DNA of 64,000 bases. Source: Chrysomallon squamiferum. Lineage: Eukaryota > Animalia > Mollusca. The notes beneath the pieces are model-generated. The model was not told the DNA's origin and did no database searches. It saw only the letters and a program-made list of their open reading frames with translations. The DNA is taken from the NCBI GenBank assembly GCA_012295275.1, contig CM022670.1, positions 9,796,001 through 9,860,000 on the forward strand, written 5' to 3'. Positions 37,473 through 51,542 of this stretch are shown here, piece after piece. Made by a program: the position numbers and the translations under genes. Numbering within the stretch: the first letter of the stretch is position 1; each line of letters starts with the position of its first letter.

Positions 37473-40400
37473 GTACCCATGTTTTCAAGCCTGCAATATC
37501 TTTTATGAGAAATGCTGCAAGCTTTTGTATTATTATTTTTTTTTTATTTTTTTTTTTTTTTTTTTTATTTTTTTTTTTTTTTTTTTTTAAACTATGGATT
37601 TGTTTGCCTGATGCTATGTATTAGCTTTCATCAGTTTATAATTTTTCTTTCTTTAATGTTTGTTTTACAGCAGCAAAGGTTCGTTATGATTTGGTGGTTT
37701 ATGTCTGTAGTATCACGATATGCAATATTTTTTCACCAGTATATTTTTGTTCTGTTTGTTTTGATGGTGGTGCTTTTTGTGTGTGTGTGTGTGTGTGTTC
37801 ATTTGTTTTATTTGTTTATTTTTTTTTTTTTTTACTATTATTATTACTGTTTGTTAACCCAATCAATAGTGTGAAGTTGTTTGTATAGTTTGCTCTTGAT
37901 AGAAACTCAATACAAATAAGTGTGTTGTTGTTGTTTTTAATAAGCTTCTGTCAGATTTTTGTAATATGTAATAGTTAGTCCACACAAAATGTTCAGTTTT
38001 CATTTTCCCCATTTTTAATGCATTATGATTATTTTTTATGATTAGTTTGTTTTGTTTTTTAAATAAATAATGTCCATATAATCGTTTATTATTTTTATCA
38101 TACTTGCAAAGGGTAAGCACTTAATTGTTCTTAAACTGATACTTTTTAAGAAAATATTCCTCATTAAAATGATCATTTGACTTCATTTATATGAAACTTA
38201 ATACCATTTTATCCTGTCTTTAAGAGATTCTGATTTCTGCTGAAATATTTTTTACATAAAATAATCTGAATATTCTGTTTTTCATTGGTCCTGTATTAAT
38301 AACTTGGTTTGAGTAATCAGTATGAAAATTCAGTAAAACTAGTTTTTATTTATTTATTTATTTTAATTTTCTCTCTCTCTGATTGACTTGACTCTTGAGT
38401 TATTTGTGTGTGAAAATGTTTGCTGCTGTGTATTAACAGATGATGCTAAAGAGAAGCCAGGTGGTGTTGCCTATGAGGTCATCTTGAAGCCTGCCACAAC
38501 CGAACTTACCCCTACTAAAATTCTCTCTCCACCCAAAGAGAAACTGCTGACACAGGATGACATAGTGAAGAAGCTGAAAAAGGCAGAAGAAAGGAGACAG
38601 GTAATATATTTAGAATTGATAATGTAACAAAGTTTTTTCAGTGAATATAGCCTTTTTTCTTTTCTTTTTTTTATATATATATAAATTAAAAAGAATATTT
38701 AATGTATTTTTGTTTTTGTCCATATTGTTAAATTATAGCTTTGTGATTATGGTATTGTATGCTATGACAGTCTTGGTATTATTTAATTTGTCAAAACTGA
38801 GGGGGGTTCCCTCTGGTATGGGACATTTTGAAACTTAAGATTTGTACAAATCTATTATTGATGTTTTTCCAGTCATTTGAACAAATGAAACTTGAACACA
38901 TTACCAAGGAGAGGGAGAAAGCAGAAGAGAAGATAGCCAAGATTCAGGCTGAGTCGGAGGCGTTCTCGAAACTGACGCAGGAAAAATTGAGGCGATCAAT
39001 GGAAATCAGCAGAGAGAAACGGGAACAGCAGATTAAAGCTCTGCAGGAAAGACTGAGAGAACATGTGAGTACCTATTTGAACCATATTTATGTTTTATGT
39101 TGTTTGCTTAAAGTTTTAAAAATTTTTTTTTTTAATATAAAGAGTAGGGGTGCAGACTTTTCCACAAATGCTGAATTTCCACTTTCTAACAAGGAGGGAT
39201 GTTCACAAAATCAACTGAAAATACATAGTAGTTCTCCGAAGCATTGCCCAACTATTTCTGAAGATAAGAATATAATAGTTCAGTAAAAAAATTGATAATC
39301 AGTTCAGTAAATAAATTGATAAACAGAAGTGGCAATTTTCATAAGTGGAAGAGATCAAACACCTCTAATATAGTTATTTCGTGGAAGCTTTTTAATTTCA
39401 TTTTTGTTTGTTATATAATCAGCTGTGTTTTGTTTACTTTACTATGGTGTGTTCATATTGTTGACAGTTCAGTTACCTTTTAAGTAGTCATAGTGATGTT
39501 GTTGATATTTCCTTTACATAACTGAACAATTCTTTTTTTGTATCCAGTATTGATTGATTTGAAGATAAAATTGTTAATATATTGCTGTCAGTTTCTAAAA
39601 TGATTTCAAATCAGTTTCTGGAAGTATTTATTTTATTTCCATTTTTTATTTTTTATTTTAATTTTATTTTAATTTTATTTTAATATTTTTTTTTTATTTA
39701 AATATTTTTTTATTATGAGAATATTGTGATAAATATTTTGCAAATTTAAAGAAAAATTTGGTTTCAACTAGAAGAAGCATCTACAAAATTGGAATTTTAA
39801 ATGTTTGTTGTGGCATAAATGGCTTCTATTGAATTTTTATTTTTATTTTTTGTTTAGTTTTTTTTTGCTTCTAAGTGTTGTGATGATTTTCTTTCTTTGT
39901 GCATGTTCAATTTGTTATGTTTAGCTTGCTAAAGTGGAAGCAACATGCAAGAGGAGTGACACACTTAGTAAAGATCTGCAGGAAAGAATCAATCACAAAT
40001 TTGAAACTTATGAGGAAAATAAAAAGGCACAATTGGAATCTTTGATGAAACGCCTTAAAGATCATGTAAGTTGAAAGAAAAAAGTGAACCATTTCTAAAT
40101 TTTTTTTTTTTTTTTTTTTTATTTTTTTTTTTATTTATTATTATTATGATAAAAGCCTGATAAACCTTCACTCTGTGTTTTTAAAATATGAGGTTCTTGC
40201 TCAAAAGGCCACACTTCCCTTGTTTTTCACACATTTTTCATTTTGCCTTTTTTCCTTACAGTTAAAAAATGGCAGGTATGGGAATGGGTTTTGCATATGT
40301 AAATCATCTGAAACACCATATATCGTCACATAGCTAGAACTGAATGAATGATATTTTTGATTTTTGAATTGGTCAGCATTTTAACATTAGATACATGTGT

Positions 40401-41039
40401 CTATCTGCTATAATTCATTCACTTGTATTTTATTTTTTCTTTAATGTAACTTGAGTATGACTGAAGAGAAAAACTTCTTGGGTTGTCACTACATAAAAAT
40501 GGAAAGAGAAAAGACTTATGAAATCTTCCTTTGGGACTTCTTCAAAGCAAGAGCCTGCTTACTGAACTGCAGCTGAGAAGTCCTTGGAGATAGCACATAA
40601 TTTATTTTAAAAAAATAAAAAATAAAGGTTTTCTTTTATGTTTAATTTTCATCCTTGGTTTAGGCTTCTCACATTAAAGAGGTCTGTGAAGCAAGTAAGA
40701 ACATGAACAAAATGTCTGAAGAGAAAATCCTGGAGAAGATGGAGACGGCTCTGAGAAACCGAGAGGGGCAACTGAAGGCCCTGCAGGAACGCCTTCTGGA
40801 ACATGTAAGATTCATTATTGACAGGTTTTTCCTTAAGTCTTATGGTTAGCAGCATTTTGAATACAATACAGTCAGCTGTAATGATTGCTTTTTTTCTTCT
40901 TCTTCTTCTTTCTTTTTAAGGAAATTATCTTTAATTTTTAAAATGTCAAACAATGTTTCTGTTTTGCTAGGAACGGAGAATTGAAGAGGTGAGAAAGAAA
41001 AAGGAAGTTCGGCCCTCTGCAAGTGCCGAAGAAGTGTGA
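36467..41039 (+). CDS. STMN: Stathmin-family tubulin-sequestering protein, short (STMN1-like) isoform, about 237 aa
   Basis: Exons 36467-36476 (MSS), 38440-38600, 38873-39064, 39925-40065, 40664-40804, 40971-41039, all GT-AG and in phase. Stathmin signatures EKPGGVAYEVILKP, SPPKEK, DIVKKLKKAEERR and RIEEVRKKKE. Confidence 0.92.
36918..37218. mobile_element. pogo/Tigger-type (Tc1-mariner) MITE
   Basis: TIRs CAGGTTGAGGATCCCTTATCC and GATAAAAGATTCTCAACCTG, with TA on the right flank; about 300 bp. Confidence 0.75.
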
Positions 41040-42597
41040 TCAACATTTTCTGATCTTTTGGACATATGAACGGCTTCTACCTTTTCCCCCTTTTACTGTT
41101 CTGTTTATACTTGGGTGTTGTTGGCGGAAAGCAGCTGTTCTTGACCCATCTTGACTGTAGCACAGCATTATTAGTTGCTGCTAAATTGTACTGGTGTAAC
41201 TATTGTAAAGCTTCATACGTGTGTATGTAATCAAACTTTGATATTGAAAATTTTTATGCTAAACAGGCACAACAATTTCAGATTTATGAACAAATTTTTA
41301 AAGAATATTCCTTTCTTTTTTTTTTTTTTTTTTTTTTTTAATTCTTCTTCTCCGTGTGTGTGCTTGGATAATTTTTGTCAGACTTGAAATATTCTTACAT
41401 GTTCATATAAATATATACATATGTATATTATATTGACACTGCCACCTTTATTATTATTCCATTGAAAAAGCTATGCATTTTTTTGTCTTTGATAGTTCTT
41501 GAAATGTTTTCATTCCCAATGCATTTTGTGGCTTTTCATTGAGTTCATTTGTCTATATTTCATTTGTCATGGTTTTCACCTGTAATTTGTGTGTAAATGC
41601 GTTTTTCTGCAATACCTGAGAATACAGAATATGGACATTCTTTTCTTTTTTTTTTGGTTTAAATTTCAATATTTCTGAGGTTTGGTCATTTCTTCTTTTT
41701 TCTGTTTAACTTGCATGATTTCACTGTTAGCAGATCATACATGTTTGAATTTTCAAAAAAATTTGAGATGTCTTTAAAAGATTTGAATATCATCCAGATG
41801 TTCTAACTTTTGACTGTACAGAAGGTAACATTTCAGTTTATTAATACTGACTTGTCTTGGTTAATGAGTACATATATATTCACTGTGTTCTTTTTATGCA
41901 CATGCTATCAGTCTAAAATCAGATTCTTAATTGTGTTATAACTTGAGCAATTTTTATTATTTTTTTAATGTTAAGAAATTTTTAGCTTTTGATGTTTCTC
42001 AATGTATACATATGGTGAATAAATTTTTTTTTTTTTTTTTTTTCAACTGCAATATCAAATTTTTTTTTTTTTTTTTTCCATCCATGTTGCCTTCCATTTA
42101 AAACTATCCTAAGTGTAAATTTAAAAAGTTAAATGTGTTAAAGCATTTATTCAGTTCAACCCAATTTGTCTTGTTATTTGCTTTTCAGACATTACAGGTG
42201 AAATTTCAGCTGCACATTTTTTTTAAAATTAAAAACTTAGTGTCACAGCTTTGGAGATTAAATTGTATATCATTGGTTTGAAAAATTAAGTTGTGTATTT
42301 TTTAGTAAAGGTGTATATAAAGATATGTGATTCATGCTTAACAAATTGCTTAACAAGTTTTTTAATGATATTTAATTTTTATTTTAAAGAAGGGGAAAAA
42401 AAAAAAACGTATTTTGGATATTTTACCAAATCAGAAGTGTTGCAAATTATTGATTGAATGGTTGTAAAATTTATCTGCTTAAATTAATGATCTACATGAT
42501 TTGGTGTGAAGCCAGTTACATATTCTTTGAATGTTATGTAGTTTCAGTCTTTAGCTTGCATTAGTTTAATGTAGCAGTCAAGAAAAACAAAAATTTC

Positions 42598-42603
42598 AAT
42601 AAA
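42598..42603 (+). terminator. Candidate polyadenylation signal of stathmin (3' UTR about 1.6 kb)
   Basis: AATAAA followed about 20 nt later by a GT/T-rich tract. Another AATAAA lies at 42018. Confidence 0.4.
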
Positions 42604-43629
42604 AAAAGTCACAAAAACTACTGTTTTTGTTTTTATTGCTTTATTCCTTTGAATTCATGAATAATGGTTATCTTAAGATATCCTCACATTTATTTATATA
42701 AAATTTGATATGCATGATTAATAAAATGAGCAGATCATCATTGTTTGCATAGTAAGTTATAAACATTTTTATCTCATAAAACCAGGCTGTCTTCTGAACA
42801 AAATGTTGGACATTTTTGTGAATACAAGTGAACTGTCATATAAGATTTTAAAGGATAATTTTGTTGGTCCCAAAAATGACAGGTTTAATCACAAGATGTA
42901 TGTTGAATGGTTTCAAACTATTTGAACACACAAGAATTCATCCAAAGGTTCAATACATTTATCGATGGGAAGAATTTGTACATAAATTTCATTTGCTGCA
43001 AACAATTTTTGATAAAAATTAAAACTGAACTTGAAATGTTTCAGATGATATGCCTTGAATTTTTTTTTTTATCTTGGTCAACTTTAATAACTGGCATTTC
43101 GTGTGGTGTTGTTAAGTAAATTGGTTTTAGAAGTTGTGATGGTACATGGGAAAACTTGCTTTAGTTCATAGTAAAATCAAATTTTTTTTTTTTTTTTCTT
43201 ATACAATGTTATGCTCGAATTTTAAAATTAATTGATACGTAGCCATTTTTAAAATCAAGTCTAATTAGTGTGGGTTTATTTTACAACAAATGCTGAACAA
43301 ATAACCTACAAAATAATTACCTTTCAAAAAATTAAATTCATTAGTTTGTGTATGACAGATTTAACCATTGCTAATGTTTGATAGTTTTTTTTCATACCAG
43401 ATTTATTTCTCTTACTAAATGCTAATATTTGTAAATTACATCTTCTGGGCTGAATTTTATACAAAAAAATAATAGTTAAGCTATTTATATATCTGTAATA
43501 TTTCAATCATTTTAATACGTGTATAATTAATTAAAATGCTCTGAATGAGAACAAAAATATGAAAGAATGTACACAAATGAACACATTCACGGTTAAGCAG
43601 GTTAAATGAGTTGTTCCTGAATGATGACT

Positions 43630-44389
43630 TCAGAATAAAAGTTGAAGCACTGATAACAGTGCAACCAAAATAAGAGATGGTGTCACCGTGGAAGAATCTG
43701 CAATTAAACAAGCAAATATTAGTAGGTGGGTGGGGATTCTATAAAATTATTATTTTATTACTATTATTACTTTTTTTTTTATACCTTCTTTTTTTTCAAA
43801 TTTATAGTAATACAAATTTTAAATCAGTAGAACCTAACAGTAAGGTTGACGTTATTTCTTAATAATATATTGAATTATGCTAATATTCCAGTGAAAAACT
43901 AAACAATTCATGGATACCGGTATGAAACTTTCCCATTCGAATAATTTCGGCCGATTCCGATGTATCTCGGAATAAAGCCGAAGAATTCCGAGTGGCAAAA
44001 ACGACACACCGCATTGTTTTCAGGTTTTTTTTAATTACTACCGTCAGGGGTAGATAACTAAAGATGGATTTGTATCCCAAACTGGTTGGAAGAACTTGCA
44101 ATAGATTAAGCACACCAGTACTGATCAAAGCACGATTAGTTTGCCTACCGCATTCTTTGTTGTCGTTACGAATCGTGGTTGTCTGTCTGTCTATCCAAGA
44201 ATGATATCTTGACTCGCATTTAAACTTCGATTCATCATAACATTCAATGGCGACGTTGACAGAACTGGTAATATGAAATCAGATTAAGAATGAAACGTAA
44301 ACAACATTAGTAGCCTAATCTTGATTGTAATGGGGTTTTTTTGTTGTTGTTGTTTGGTTGTTTTTATTGTTGTTATTGTTTTGTTGGTG

Positions 44390-44428
<39 letters not shown>

Positions 44429-46336
44429 TTAAAGAATTAATTATCATATTTAGACTTCTTAATTTGTTAGCATATATTGTGAAAAAGAATACGGGTATTC
44501 TGTGAATGTGTTATTAATATTTTATAAATATATTTATTAAACAAAAAAAAAAATCTTAATAATAATTATTATTATAACATATTCTGTGCTCTTTTTTTCT
44601 TTTTTCTTGCTTTTTTTTTTTTTTCACAAGTTTGTAAATTACGTTATTTTGTCTTTTATTGCTTGTGTATGTGTTGGCTATAAAATACAGAAGAGATTCC
44701 CCACATTTGCTAATCACGACCGCCATAAAGAAAGTAGTTACAACTTCTGATTTCTTTGAATACTTTATATTTATTGTCAGCTGAACAATTTATCTAAATA
44801 GGTCAATTCCTTGCCATTTTATTATTTTCGTTAACACGGTTACTACTTGTTTTTTTTGTTTGTTTTTTTTAATTTAGCGTGAAGTCAGCTTACTACCAGA
44901 AATGTTGACTGAAAGCTTTAGGTTTTTTTTTTTTTTCTCTCTTCTTCTTCTTTTTAAAGGAGGCGTTTAAGCGGTAGGAGAAAGAAAGAAAGAAAAAAAA
45001 AGCGCCAAAATATTGATAACGACTGAATAAAGAGAAAAGAAAGAAAAAGAGGGTCAAAATTACTTTGAATATTTTTTTTTTTAGTATTATTATTATTTTT
45101 TTCTAATTAGAAACTTCTTTTAATATATTACTAAATAGCAATATTTTTTTTTTTTTTTTTTTTTTTTAATGCAAGAATTCAGATATTATTATTATTATTA
45201 TTTTTTTTTTTTTTTTTAAATTATTGCATGCTTACATTATTTTAGATTTATTGTTACCTATCGTCATCTTACTTACGGCATGTTACAAGATCAATAACAC
45301 TGTAGACAGGTCATACGTTTTCTAAAACTTTTTAAGAGTTTTTCAGAACGTGTTATCTATATGTCAGACTAAATACAAATTTGATACGGTTTGCTGTATG
45401 CTTGTTCCAAACTTTTTAAAGGTATAATCTCTGCCTTGTCTTTGTTATATTTATTGTGTATTCAGCTGTATTGCTTTTGCGCATTACTGCTTAACGTATT
45501 GTTACATCAAATACATGTATATTGTTCCTGACGTGCTGCAATGTTTGATTTACGATCACATATTCACACACAGTAGTGTCTAAACGGATGACAGTCAGCA
45601 GGCCTAACGAACACCAGAAACAAAACAAAACGATAATAATAAAAATTAAAATTAAAGTAAAGTAAATAAAATAATCTAGCATTGATATTATGCCTATTCA
45701 TCTTATTCTAATTAATAATATTATTTGTTATTACGTGACTGCTAGATTTATTCGTTCTTACTAATTCTGACCTGAAACTGGGAGGTGTTGAAGGCGCTTG
45801 AAACTGCTTTCTAAAAATTATTTATTTATTATTATGATTATCATCATCGTCGTCGTCGTCGACGTCGTTATTGTTATCATTATTTATTTTATTTATAAGC
45901 ACTGTTACAAAACATATAAACTATTTGTGATTAGGAGTCCTGGACGACTTTGATGCGCAGTCTGCCAAGTCGACTTAAGATGTTTGCATTCCTGGAAAGA
46001 AAACTTTAGCATTTTTCTAATATATTTGGATTAAGAATTTAAAATTGTTTCAGTAATAATGAGATAACAGGCTTACTGTAACAGGATTGCGAACACGTTA
46101 TTAATATTACTTACTGACACAGACTGTCCTGGTCTCTAGCAGCTTTAGCATCCTTCAAAAATTTGTCTCTGCACAACGACGACTCAGGGCATGCGGTTTC
46201 AGCCTTTGTCAGGTTGATGACAAATACTGTCGATCCAAAAAAAAAAATAATAATAATTACCTGATACATTTTTGAACTGTCAAATAAAATATCTAATACC
46301 TACCTATTGAAATAATATATATAAATAAGTATTTAA

Positions 46337-46375
<39 letters not shown>

Positions 46376-47336
46376 TGGTACCTTGACTTACGAGTAAACA
46401 AACTTACGAGTTATGAGCAGTCGCCCGGTGGATTTATTTCTTTACATCTTTTATTTTTTTTTTTTTTTTTTTTTTATACAATATTTATCACTTTATAAAT
46501 ACATTTTTCTTATTTAAATAACGTTACAAAAAAAAAATGGTGGTTGTAGGTGGGCTGGAAGGATTAATGGTATTTCAATTAATTTCATTTGGCAAAATTG
46601 ATTTGATGTATGAGCAAATAGTTACAAGCTTGGTCACGGAACGAATAAATATATAAAAACATATGTATTTAAGTAATAGAATATTAATACTATTATTTCA
46701 ACTACTATATCTACTGCTATTACTATCATTATTCCATTATTACAAGTATTATCACTATAACTATTACTACTACTACTACTACTACCATTATTATTGTTAT
46801 TAAATAAACAGAGGACGTTAGGAAGAAAAATAGTAGTACATACATAAAAAAGGTGGACCTTTTTAAATGCGTCGAGACATTTAATGTAACGACAATTAAT
46901 GTTAAAATACATCTAATTATTGTCAAAAAAAAAAAAATAATAATATTAATATTAATATTAATGATTCAGTGACAGAGAAGATCTAACTGGACTGATATAT
47001 ACTAGGATTTGTGTAGGGTCGTTGAGACAATTCTGGGGTACGATTGAATGTAATATATCATGATATAACGGGTTTATGTAAGTTGCTAAACTTAAAGTTA
47101 TATATGAGTCTTGTCGTTTACGTATGAGTCACATACGAAAATTTTAATAATTGATACCTAGACTTGCTTAAACATAGATATTGCTTAAACATAGATATTG
47201 AATTTAAATTACGGCTATGTCAAGAAGCTTTTAACTTTTTTTTTTTTTTGGCCCGAGGCCATTTACCTGACAGTTCTGCTGTAATAGAAGTTCTTTATGG
47301 GAATATAATATATATACACTGTTTTATATATATCTA

Positions 47337-47399
<63 letters not shown>

Positions 47400-47495
47400 A
47401 AACAGTTTATATAACATCATCAGATATCATATATGTACAGGTATATGAAAAAAACCCACCATATTTTAAATTGTTTGTTATTCGATCACTTAACA

Positions 47496-47529
<34 letters not shown>

Positions 47530-47718
47530 AAATAAAAACGAAACAACAAAAACTTGTTTATAATAATATCATCTTTGCTTTTCGCGCCAACATCGTATTT
47601 TACACCAAATGTAAGTGAAAAAAAAAACACAAAACAAAAACAGTGTTTACTATTTATAAACCACAGTGACAAAAACAAACTTACCTGTTATGACAACGGA
47701 GAGAAGCAATTTCAACAT
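43630..47718 (-). CDS. Uncharacterised small secreted GPI-anchor-type 6-Cys protein, paralog A (109 aa, neuritin-like Cys pattern)
   Basis: Exons 47718-47685, 46226-46115, 44264-44149, 43697-43630 (phases 1,2,1; GT-AG) give MLKLLLSVVITVFVINLTKAETACPESSLCRDKFLKDAKAARDQDSLCHSVNVAIECYDESKFKCESRYHSWIDRQTTTIRNDNKECDSSTVTPSLILVALLSVLQLLF. It has a signal peptide, 6 Cys, and small residues followed by a hydrophobic C-terminus. TATAAAA at 47829-47823. Confidence 0.85.
46373..46650 (+). mobile_element. Truncated Tc1-mariner/pogo-like MITE next to a (TA)n run
   Basis: Begins TA-CAGTGGTACCTTGACTTACGAG directly after (TA)n, with repeated ACTTACGAG motifs. The right TIR is missing. Confidence 0.5.
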
Positions 47719-48211
47719 GACGTGTAATACGCGACGTTTTTTTGTTCAGGTGAATAATAATTACAGGACAATACTTGTAACTGTTTGTCACAGTCAGTGC
47801 ATAATGCAATCGCTACATTATATTTTATACAAAAGAAGCTTTCGTAACTGGCATTTCCAGAATCAAACTGTAACCGTTTTCAAATTAGGTTACCTGCTCT
47901 TCTACCTTGGTTGACCTCATTTCCTAGACTTGCGCTGGGTTGTTTTTCTCCACACTACTACTAAAATTATTTTGTACACCGGTCGTTACTAGACGGATCA
48001 AGAAAAGGACACTGCAAGCATTTTACGTATGTGTTGGTGTGGTCGTGGTTGACATGTACATCTATTTAATTGATAGCATGTTGTTTGTTACTGACATTCT
48101 GCTACAGTTGATCTGCGTTTAAACATGTAAATGACTGACAGGTGATTTGAAAAATTATTAATGCATAGTGCGTTTGTACATAAAGGCAAGTTTATCTGAC
48201 AAATACTCCCT

Positions 48212-48330
<119 letters not shown>

Positions 48331-49449
48331 AATAATACCTATAACAGTTTTTGTATTATATAATTATTATCAGTTGTTTCCTGTTCAGCAGTATAAACAG
48401 GATTAGATTATAAGAGCCATTGTAAATATTTATTTATATGTTCTTTCCAGCCTCTGGGAAAGTATTTATAAAATATCGTTTGCTGCTAACTGGCTCGTGT
48501 AATGTCGAAAGCGGATTTTCAGTCGCTTAATATTTTAAGCAAATAATTTACAAACAGTCAGTTTTTGTTTTGTTTGTTTGTTTGTTTGTTTGTTTGTTTG
48601 TTTGTTTATTACTCTTTTCTTTTCTTGTTATTATTTTAGTTTTGTTTTAATGTTAAAAACCTAGATGTAACTGAAGGACAAAACATAATGTGTCTCAATA
48701 TTAATCTGGATAAAGCGTCGCATGGTTTTTCAATAACTGAGGTAAATAACTTTCCTGTCCTGTGAAGATGAATAGAAAGAACCCTACTGCTAATCACATT
48801 TTCATTTATTGTTATTATTGTTGTTGCTTTTGTTGTTGTTGTTTTTGTTTTTACCGTTGTTGTAATAAAAATAATAATAATTATTATTATTATTATCATC
48901 ATTATCATTATTGTTGTTGTTGTTGTTATTATTATTTTATATGTCTTACTTTATAGTAAGAAATGATACAAATTTATTTATTCTTTTTATTTTTTATTTT
49001 TTACAATTTTTATTTTATTTTAGTTTTTTTTTATTATTATTATTTATTTACTTATTAATTATTATTATTTTATTTTATATTATTTTAGTTTTAGTTTTTT
49101 TTTTTTTTTTTTAATGGAACATTTTATATTAGTTACGCCCTCGTTGTTCATTTATATTTAAATTTCAGTTCTTGACAACAAATTTCCGTAGTTTTATTGG
49201 TGACAGATTGTTGCTGAAAAGACAAAAAAGCAACGAAAGATTTTTTTATCATTTTTTATTTATTTATTTATTTATTTATTTGTTAGTTTGCATTGCAAAA
49301 AGCTAATTTTCAGTAAAAAGTTAAAATCATCAGTTTAAATGAATTCAGGAAACGACTCAATATCAGCCAAATAAATAAAATATATTTTATTTCTTTTACC
49401 TAAATAACAACAACTAATTTCGTTCTTTCTTTTTTCTTTTCATTTCAGC

Positions 49450-49530
<81 letters not shown>

Positions 49531-51056
49531 ACTATCTGAGTTAACTAGTACTCCAGATGATGTCTTCTTTAGAGTAATACAGGAAAAATGGGCAGCGCTT
49601 ATAACTTAATTATTATCAAAAAAATTGTGTGGAAAACAAGTAAAATAAAGTTAATATTTACGGTCTCAAAAGTTCAAGCCTCTGTTTATTTACAGATAAT
49701 AATAATTATTATTATTATTATTATTATTATTGTTGTTGTTGTTGTAGCAGAGTAGTAGTAGTGGAGGTAAAAGCAGCAGCTACAACTGCAGCAGTAGTAT
49801 TTTAGTCTTCTGTTTGTATCACCAGATGAATACTTTAATACGTTCTTTAAAATACTTTGTATACACACATGCAAACACACAGATCCCTCTACTTACTCAA
49901 GAGAAAATAATAAACAACAATGTTGAGAATTTTTTTTTTTTTTTTTTATTGATATCAAAACATTTCAAGTAATGCTAAATGCTGTTTTAACGACATTATT
50001 ATAGCAATACTTTTACAGTTCATATATTAAATTTGTGTAGTCGTACATAATTTGGATTATGCAATAAATACAAATATACCACTTATTACAGACATTTTCA
50101 GTGGGCATGAACTAATTTCACTTCATTCAAATGTCAAAGTGTTATAATATAATAATACTCTGGTTAGAAATGACTAAATCATAAGAAAATAATAACATGT
50201 AACACCAACTAATAAATAGCGTTAAATGATGATTGATGTTCGCGAAGTTTCTAACTGACATAGGCTTTTATTCTTGACTTCGCGGAGCTGTTTTTAACCA
50301 ATCAAAATACTGGATTAGTTTATACTGGTTATTTATAGAGGTGATAAAACTAATTGCTTTTATTATTTAGTTCAATTTTTATTATATTGTTATTATTATT
50401 ATTATTTTTTTTTTTTTTACTATTTTTTTTTTTATTTCTCTTCATTTTTTAAATTTAAAAATTAAAAAAAAATAATAATAAAACACGAATAATTAAATCA
50501 TTTGATACACCGGAACTGCTTCATAAGTTACATGCTATTTTAATAAAGTTGCAAGCAAACCAGCGATTGCATATTTAGGTGAACGGTTTTTTTTTTTAAC
50601 GAAACATCGAAATACGATGCGCATGCGTGAACGAGTTGCTCTACTAATAGCCTTGACTTTGGAATTTAATACCTTTTTCTTTTTTTTTTTTTTTCTTTCT
50701 CAAAAATCTGTTTCTCATTTATAATCATCATTATTTACGTTTGTCCTAATCAATAATGATAATAATAATATTGTTGTTGTTATTGCTTTTTGGGGAAATG
50801 GAGAAACTGAATTAAATTACGACTGTTTACTTTTTAAAAGAACTTTGTTATAAATAAAATGCAAAGAATTTTATTTATTCATAAATTGAGCAAATTGTCC
50901 TTGCTGAAACCTAAGCTGCTTAAAGTTTAAACAGTTTTGTTGTCAGTGTATATTTATTTACTTTTTACAATAATATATATATATATATTAAATAACGAAT
51001 ATACATAGGAATAAATATATAAGGAACTATGATACTAAAATACAATTCTAATTCAT

Positions 51057-51504
51057 TCAGACCAAATAGAGTATAATTAAGAATAATAATGCAGTCCAAA
51101 TCATCGAATGGATTACAATGGAGGAAGCGCCATTTGCTGCAACGGAAAAATATAATAAATAAATATAATAACAACAACAACAACAAACAACAACTATAAT
51201 AGTAATCAAAATAATAATAAAAAGAAAGTAAAGGAAAAAAAGGTTATTTCAAATAAATATACTTAATAAATTCCAATTAGTCTAGATTATTAATAGCTTA
51301 TTAAAATTATTATTATTATTATTATTATTATTGCGAGATAAAAATAACAAATGTAAGCAAATACCATTAGATTCATTTCCAATTAGCCCCTTTGATTTAC
51401 CTAATTCAGTTACAAAATAATATGGACGATCATCAAATGGCTGGTCGTGGATCATAAATAATTATTTTACTAATCACATTTACTATTGGTAATCCATACG
51501 TGTG

Positions 51505-51542
<38 letters not shown>

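Noticed and set aside
44247-44267. Plus-strand ATGGCG...CTG/GTAAT looking like a first coding exon (MATLTEL)
   Set aside because: It is the antisense of paralog A exon 3, which has far stronger support. No convincing downstream plus-strand exons were found.
45930-45991. Minus-strand acceptor giving NANILSRLGRLRIKVVQDS-stop after paralog A exon 2
   Set aside because: It would truncate the Cys skeleton at three Cys and has no equivalent in paralog B.
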